From the human T2T-CHM13v2.0 reference genome, Homo sapiens: 64,000 nt of DNA. The notes under the pieces were generated by a model. It was not told the origin of the DNA. It did not search any database and worked only from the letters and a program-made list of their open reading frames with translations. The DNA lies in NCBI RefSeq assembly GCF_009914755.1, contig NC_060932.1; one strand, given 5' to 3'. Positions 59,850-64,000 of the stretch are shown here, one piece after another. Position 1 is the stretch's first letter. Every line of letters starts with the position of its first letter. The position numbers and the translations under genes are program-made.

Positions 59850-60742
59850 CCCAGAACGCTCTTCCTCCAGTCACCCATTTCCTTTAAGTCTCTACTCAAA
59901 TATCATCTTAATGAGGCTTAGCCCGACTGCCTTCTGTGTAAAATTGTTACCCGTCTCGGCACTTCCTCAGCTCCTTCTCTGATTTTGTTTTATTGTAGTA
60001 CTTCTCACTGTTGGCTCTACTGAACCATTTACTTATTATTTTATTATCAGCATCTCTCCACTGAAATATAAATTCTCTGAGGGTGGAAAATTATTATTGG
60101 ATTGGCTGTTTCTGTTTTGTTCATGGTTGCAGCTTTCCCAGTTCTCAGTAAATATTTGATATCCGGGGGAAGAAAAGAATGGGCTCTGGGGTTAAGAACA
60201 CACTTTGGGGGTGAGGCATTGGGGTTATCTAAAGTATCAGTGGAAATACAGTCTAGAGGTTGGGAGAAGAGTTTTTACAGAGCAAATACTACTTTTGGAC
60301 AAGGGAGCCTGATTAGAAGTTAGGGTAGGCAGAACCCCAAAAGACTCTACAAAGGATTTAGCTTCCTGAGTGTGAGGCAAGGTTATATCTCAAAGTATGA
60401 ACCTGGTTGTATGTGATGTTTCTGACCCCTTTCTCTCTATCTTTCTCTCTATCTTTCTCTCTCACTCATAACCAGAGGGCATTTTTCCCTCTCTCCAGCT
60501 TTTTACCGCATTACTAACAAAGATTCAAAAAATGGCTGCACCAAATTCAAGACAAAGATTCTTTTCTTGGAGACATCTGTACAGGGTCTTTTAAAAAACA
60601 AAAAGCTTTCAAGCTATTAGATAATATCAGCCTAAAGGGAAGAAGTGAAGTAAAATTAAAATGAATGAAAGGAGGAGGAATTTGGAGGGAGGAAGATGAG
60701 AAGATGCAGTCACTCTAGGGCAGAATCTCAGAAGATAAAGAA

Positions 60743-60856
60743 GTCTCGAACACCCTGAACAGGCCTGATCTTGTCTGAATGTGGAAGCTAAGCAGGGTCA
60801 TGCCTGGTTAGTACTTTGATGGGAGACCACCTGGGAATACCGGGTGCTATAGGCTT
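60743..60856 (+). pseudogene. 5S rRNA pseudogene (RNA5SP-type)
   Basis: CACCCTGAAC...GGAAGCTAAGCAGGGTC...CCTGGTTAGTACTT-GATGGGAGACC-CCTGGGAATACCGGGTGCT-TAGGCTT matches 5S rRNA through its 3' end, with CpG decay. The first ~14 nt are deleted or degenerate. Confidence 0.92.
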
Positions 60857-61152
60857 GGCCAGGCATGGTGGCTCGTGCCTGTAATCCCAGCACTGTGGGA
60901 GGCCCAGGCAGGCAGATCACTTGAGGCCAGGAGCTCAAGATCAGCCTGGCCAACATGGTGAAACCCTGTCTCTACTATTAAAAATACAAAAATTAGCCTG
61001 GCATGGTGGTTCACACTGGTAGTTCCAACTAACTACTTGGGAGGCTGAGGTATGAAGATCACTTGAGCCCAGGAAGCAGAGGTTAGAGTGAGCTGAGATG
61101 GTGCCACTGAACTATGGCCTGGATGACAAAGCGAGACTCTGTCTCAAAAAAA
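60857..61152 (+). mobile_element. Alu (AluSz/Jb-type), abutting the 5S copy and followed by (CCACAC)n at 61153-61178
   Basis: Starts at Alu nt 1 GGCCAGGC; GATCACTTGAGGCCAGGAG. Confidence 0.9.
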
Positions 61153-61277
61153 CCACACCCACACCCACACCCACACCCTAACAGAGTCACTGCTTGGAAA
61201 TGACTACTGATCAACAGTCGCAGTCCCTGAACCCAGTCACAAGCCTCCTGAGCAGCAGGTAGGAAGGGAGCTTGCGT

Positions 61278-61615
61278 GATGGCAAACAGCCAAGACAGCC
61301 CTAAGGTTCCCTGCAGTTTGGCTGAACTTTAGACAGGCTTCTCCCTAACTCTAGACCCTGACCTCTCTTTTCTTAGAGCATTTGCTTTAGAAAACTTATA
61401 TTTATAAATGCTTTATCTACCCCTTTGAGATATAAATCTTTTAAAAAGCCTCTTGCCACCAGTAAATGCAAGAATGTCTTTCTCGAGGACCTAGAAACCA
61501 ACTCTTTGAAATGGAGTCATCAAAGAAGATGGCACCTCTATTTTCCAGTCTCTTTGTGAGGGTAGGAGCCTAACTTTAGTGGACACCTTGTTCTTCTTGT
61601 CATGAAGATACAAAG
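61278..61615 (+). mobile_element. MER31-family LTR (ERV1), 3'-truncated
   Basis: AACTTTAGACAGGCTTCT...CTTAGAGCATTTGCTTTAGAAAACTT...GAGGGTAGGAGCCTAACTT. Confidence 0.75.
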
Positions 61616-61619
61616 TTAG

Positions 61620-62220
61620 CCACATAGTGAGAAAGACAAATATTAATTAAATTCATAGTAATATATAATTGCAATAAGAAAAGTACCCCAATGGAATAGA
61701 ACACAGATCTCTGAATGCACATATCAAAGGAAACTAGCCTAGATATTTGGGTGTGGAAGAACGTTTGGGCTGAGAAGTGAAAGTTGTGAAATGCTAGGAG
61801 TCAACAAGGTGAAGGGAGTGTAAAGGGACGAGGTGCTAGTGAATGTTCTAGGAAGAGGGATGAACACTAGCAAAGGCCCTGTAACCAAAGAAGGCATGGT
61901 AATAAGAGCTCAAAGAAGACTGTGATGGACCCAGGAAAAAGGGGAAAAGCTAGCACTGAATAAAACTAGAGAAGAAGACATAATAGAGAGCTTTTTCTTA
62001 ATCCTAAGGACAATAGATGAACTCTGAAAGGCTTTAAGCTTGAGCAGGGGGAGGGGATATAATATTTTCGTTAAATTGAGACCAGATATAATTTTAGGAA
62101 TCAGGAGGTTCTTGAAATAGTTCAGGGGATCACTGATGATGGTTTAGCTAGAGATAAGTAAAGTTGATGAATCCAAGATGCTGAGAAAGCAATATGACAG
62201 GTCTTGGTGAAGGATTGTTA
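61620..62220 (-). mobile_element. L2 relic
   Basis: GAATGTTCTAGGAAGAGGGATGAACACTAGCAAAGGCCCTG...CTGAAAGGCTTTAAGC. Confidence 0.65.
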
Positions 62221-62462
62221 CAGAGATTGAGAGAAAGGAATGTCTTGTAGCTGAAGAGGTGTTTTGATTGTGCACAGGATACAGAGGGGCCACCCACTGA
62301 GCAGTCTGAGAAGACACTCTTTGCAAAAAAGCCTTAATATTGAATTTTGCTTGGGTTTATAATTGACTGTTCCCATTTTTATTAATATTATTATTTAATA
62401 TAGACCAAAATCTCAATACTCTTATTAGAGAAAAATTCTCAAAAAAAGTTCCAAAAATCAGT

Positions 62463-63668
62463 ATGCAGAAAATTGATACTGAACCCCTTCTTTACACCAT
62501 ATACAAAAATCAACTCAAGATGGATTAAACACTTAAATGTAAAACCCAAAGCTATAAAAAACCTAGAAGAAAATCTTGGCAATACCATTTAGGACATAGG
62601 CACAGGCAAAGATTTCATAACAAAAATGCCAAAAGCAATTGCAACGAAAGCAAAAATTGACAAATGAGATCTAATTAAACTAAAGAGCTTCTGTGCAGTA
62701 AAAGAAACTATCATCAGAGTGAACAGACAACCCACAGAAAGGGAGAAAATTTTTGCAATCTATTCATCTGACAAAAGTCTAATATCCATAACCCACAAGG
62801 AACTTAATCAAACTTTACTTCTCTTTAGCTAAACAAAGGATATGAACAGACACTTCTCAAAAGAAGACTTACATGAGGCCAACAGACATATAAAAAAAAG
62901 CTCAACATCACTGATCATTAGAGAAATGCAAATCAAAAGCACAAGATACCATCTCACACCAGTCAGAATGGCTATTATTATAAAGTGAAAAAACAGCAGA
63001 TACTGACAAGGTTGTGGAGAAAACGGAAAGCTTTTACACTGCTGGTGGGAGTGTAAATTAGTTCAATTATTGTGGAAGACAGTGTGGTGATTCCTCAAAG
63101 ACCTAGAGGCAGATATACCATTTGACACAGTAATCCCATTACTGGGTATGTACCCAAAGGAAGATAAGTCTTTCTTTTATGAAGATACAGGCACATGTAT
63201 GTCCACTGCAGCACTATTCACAACAGCAAATACATGGAATCAACCCAAATGCCCATCAGTGATAGACTGGGTAAAGAAAATGTGGTACATATACACCATG
63301 GAATGCTATGCACCCATAAAAAAGAATGAGATTATGTCCTTTGTGGGGACATAGATGAAGCTGGAAGACATTATCCTCAGCATACTAACACAGGAACAGA
63401 AAACCAAATACTGCATGCTCTCACAAGTGGGAGCTGAATTATGAGAACACAAGAACACATGGTGGGGAACAACGCACACTGGGGCCTGTCAGAGTGTGGG
63501 GTGGGAGGAGGGAGAGCATCAGAAAGAATAGCTAATGGATGTTGGGCTTAATACCTAGGTGATAAGATGATCTGTGCAGCAAACCACAATGGCACACATT
63601 TACTTATGTAACAAACCTGCACATCCTGCACATGTACTCCTGAACTTAAAAGTTAGAAATAAAAAAAA
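62463..63668 (+). mobile_element. 5'-truncated L1PA10/11-like element (~1.2 kb), inside an older L1M relic that continues to ~63810
   Basis: ORF2 C-terminus (WNQPKCPSVIDWVKKMWYIYTME); 3'UTR GGAGAGCATCAGAAAGAATAGCTAATGGATG; A tail. Confidence 0.88.
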
Positions 63669-63827
63669 GAAAAGCAATCAGACTCTAATAGATAAATGGA
63701 CAAAGAATATGAAAAAAGAATTCTTTAAAAAGCAACTATAGTTAATAAATATTTGAATACATGCTCAACCTAATTAGTAATAAAATAAATGCATATTAAT
63801 GTAATAAAATAACTTTTATAATAATAA

Positions 63828-64000
63828 TTTTTTTTAGATGAAGTCTCTGTGTCACCCAGTGCAGTGGCATGATCATAGTTCACTGCACCCTCAAACTCCT
63901 AGTCAAGTCATCTCACCTCAGCCTCCCAGAGTAGCTGGGCTTACTGGTGCGCACCACAATGCCTTGCTAATGTTTTTTCCCAAATGGGGTCTCACTATGT
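63828..64000 (-). mobile_element. AluJ, running off the window end
   Basis: GTGGCATGATCATAGTTCACTGCA...CTCAAACTCCT...GGGGTCTCACTATGT. Confidence 0.85.

Noticed and set aside
60743-60856. Functional 5S rRNA gene
   Set aside because: Solitary, CpG-decayed, damaged 5' end, no oligo-T terminator and not in a 5S tandem unit.

Overview
Primate genomic DNA, very probably human (it carries a near-pristine AluYb-lineage insertion). It is AT-rich, CpG-poor, intergenic or deep intronic sequence. I can support no host protein-coding exon: the recognisable ORF-track entries are Alu, L1 or LTR-derived, and the rest are short random ORFs. The window is a repeat mosaic: Tigger1 with a nested MER57 LTR, many MIR/L2 relics, THE1B/MLT1/MLT2A1/MER31 LTRs, hAT MITEs, about 10 Alus, and an L1-dense block at ~29.6-48.9 kb. 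That block holds a full-length but dead L1PA6-like element inside an L1PB1, and a five-level nested insertion (twin-primed L1MA9 > L1PB > AluS > ~2 kb mRNA-3'UTR-like retrocopy > Alu). Other notable items are a 5S rRNA copy fused directly to an Alu, a 92-bp local templated copy of an MLT2A1 segment, several small template-switch scars, and two candidate regulatory motif clusters. Repeat subfamily names come from recalled consensus sequences, not from a search. I found no convincing previously undescribed biological system; the interest here is insertion and repair history.
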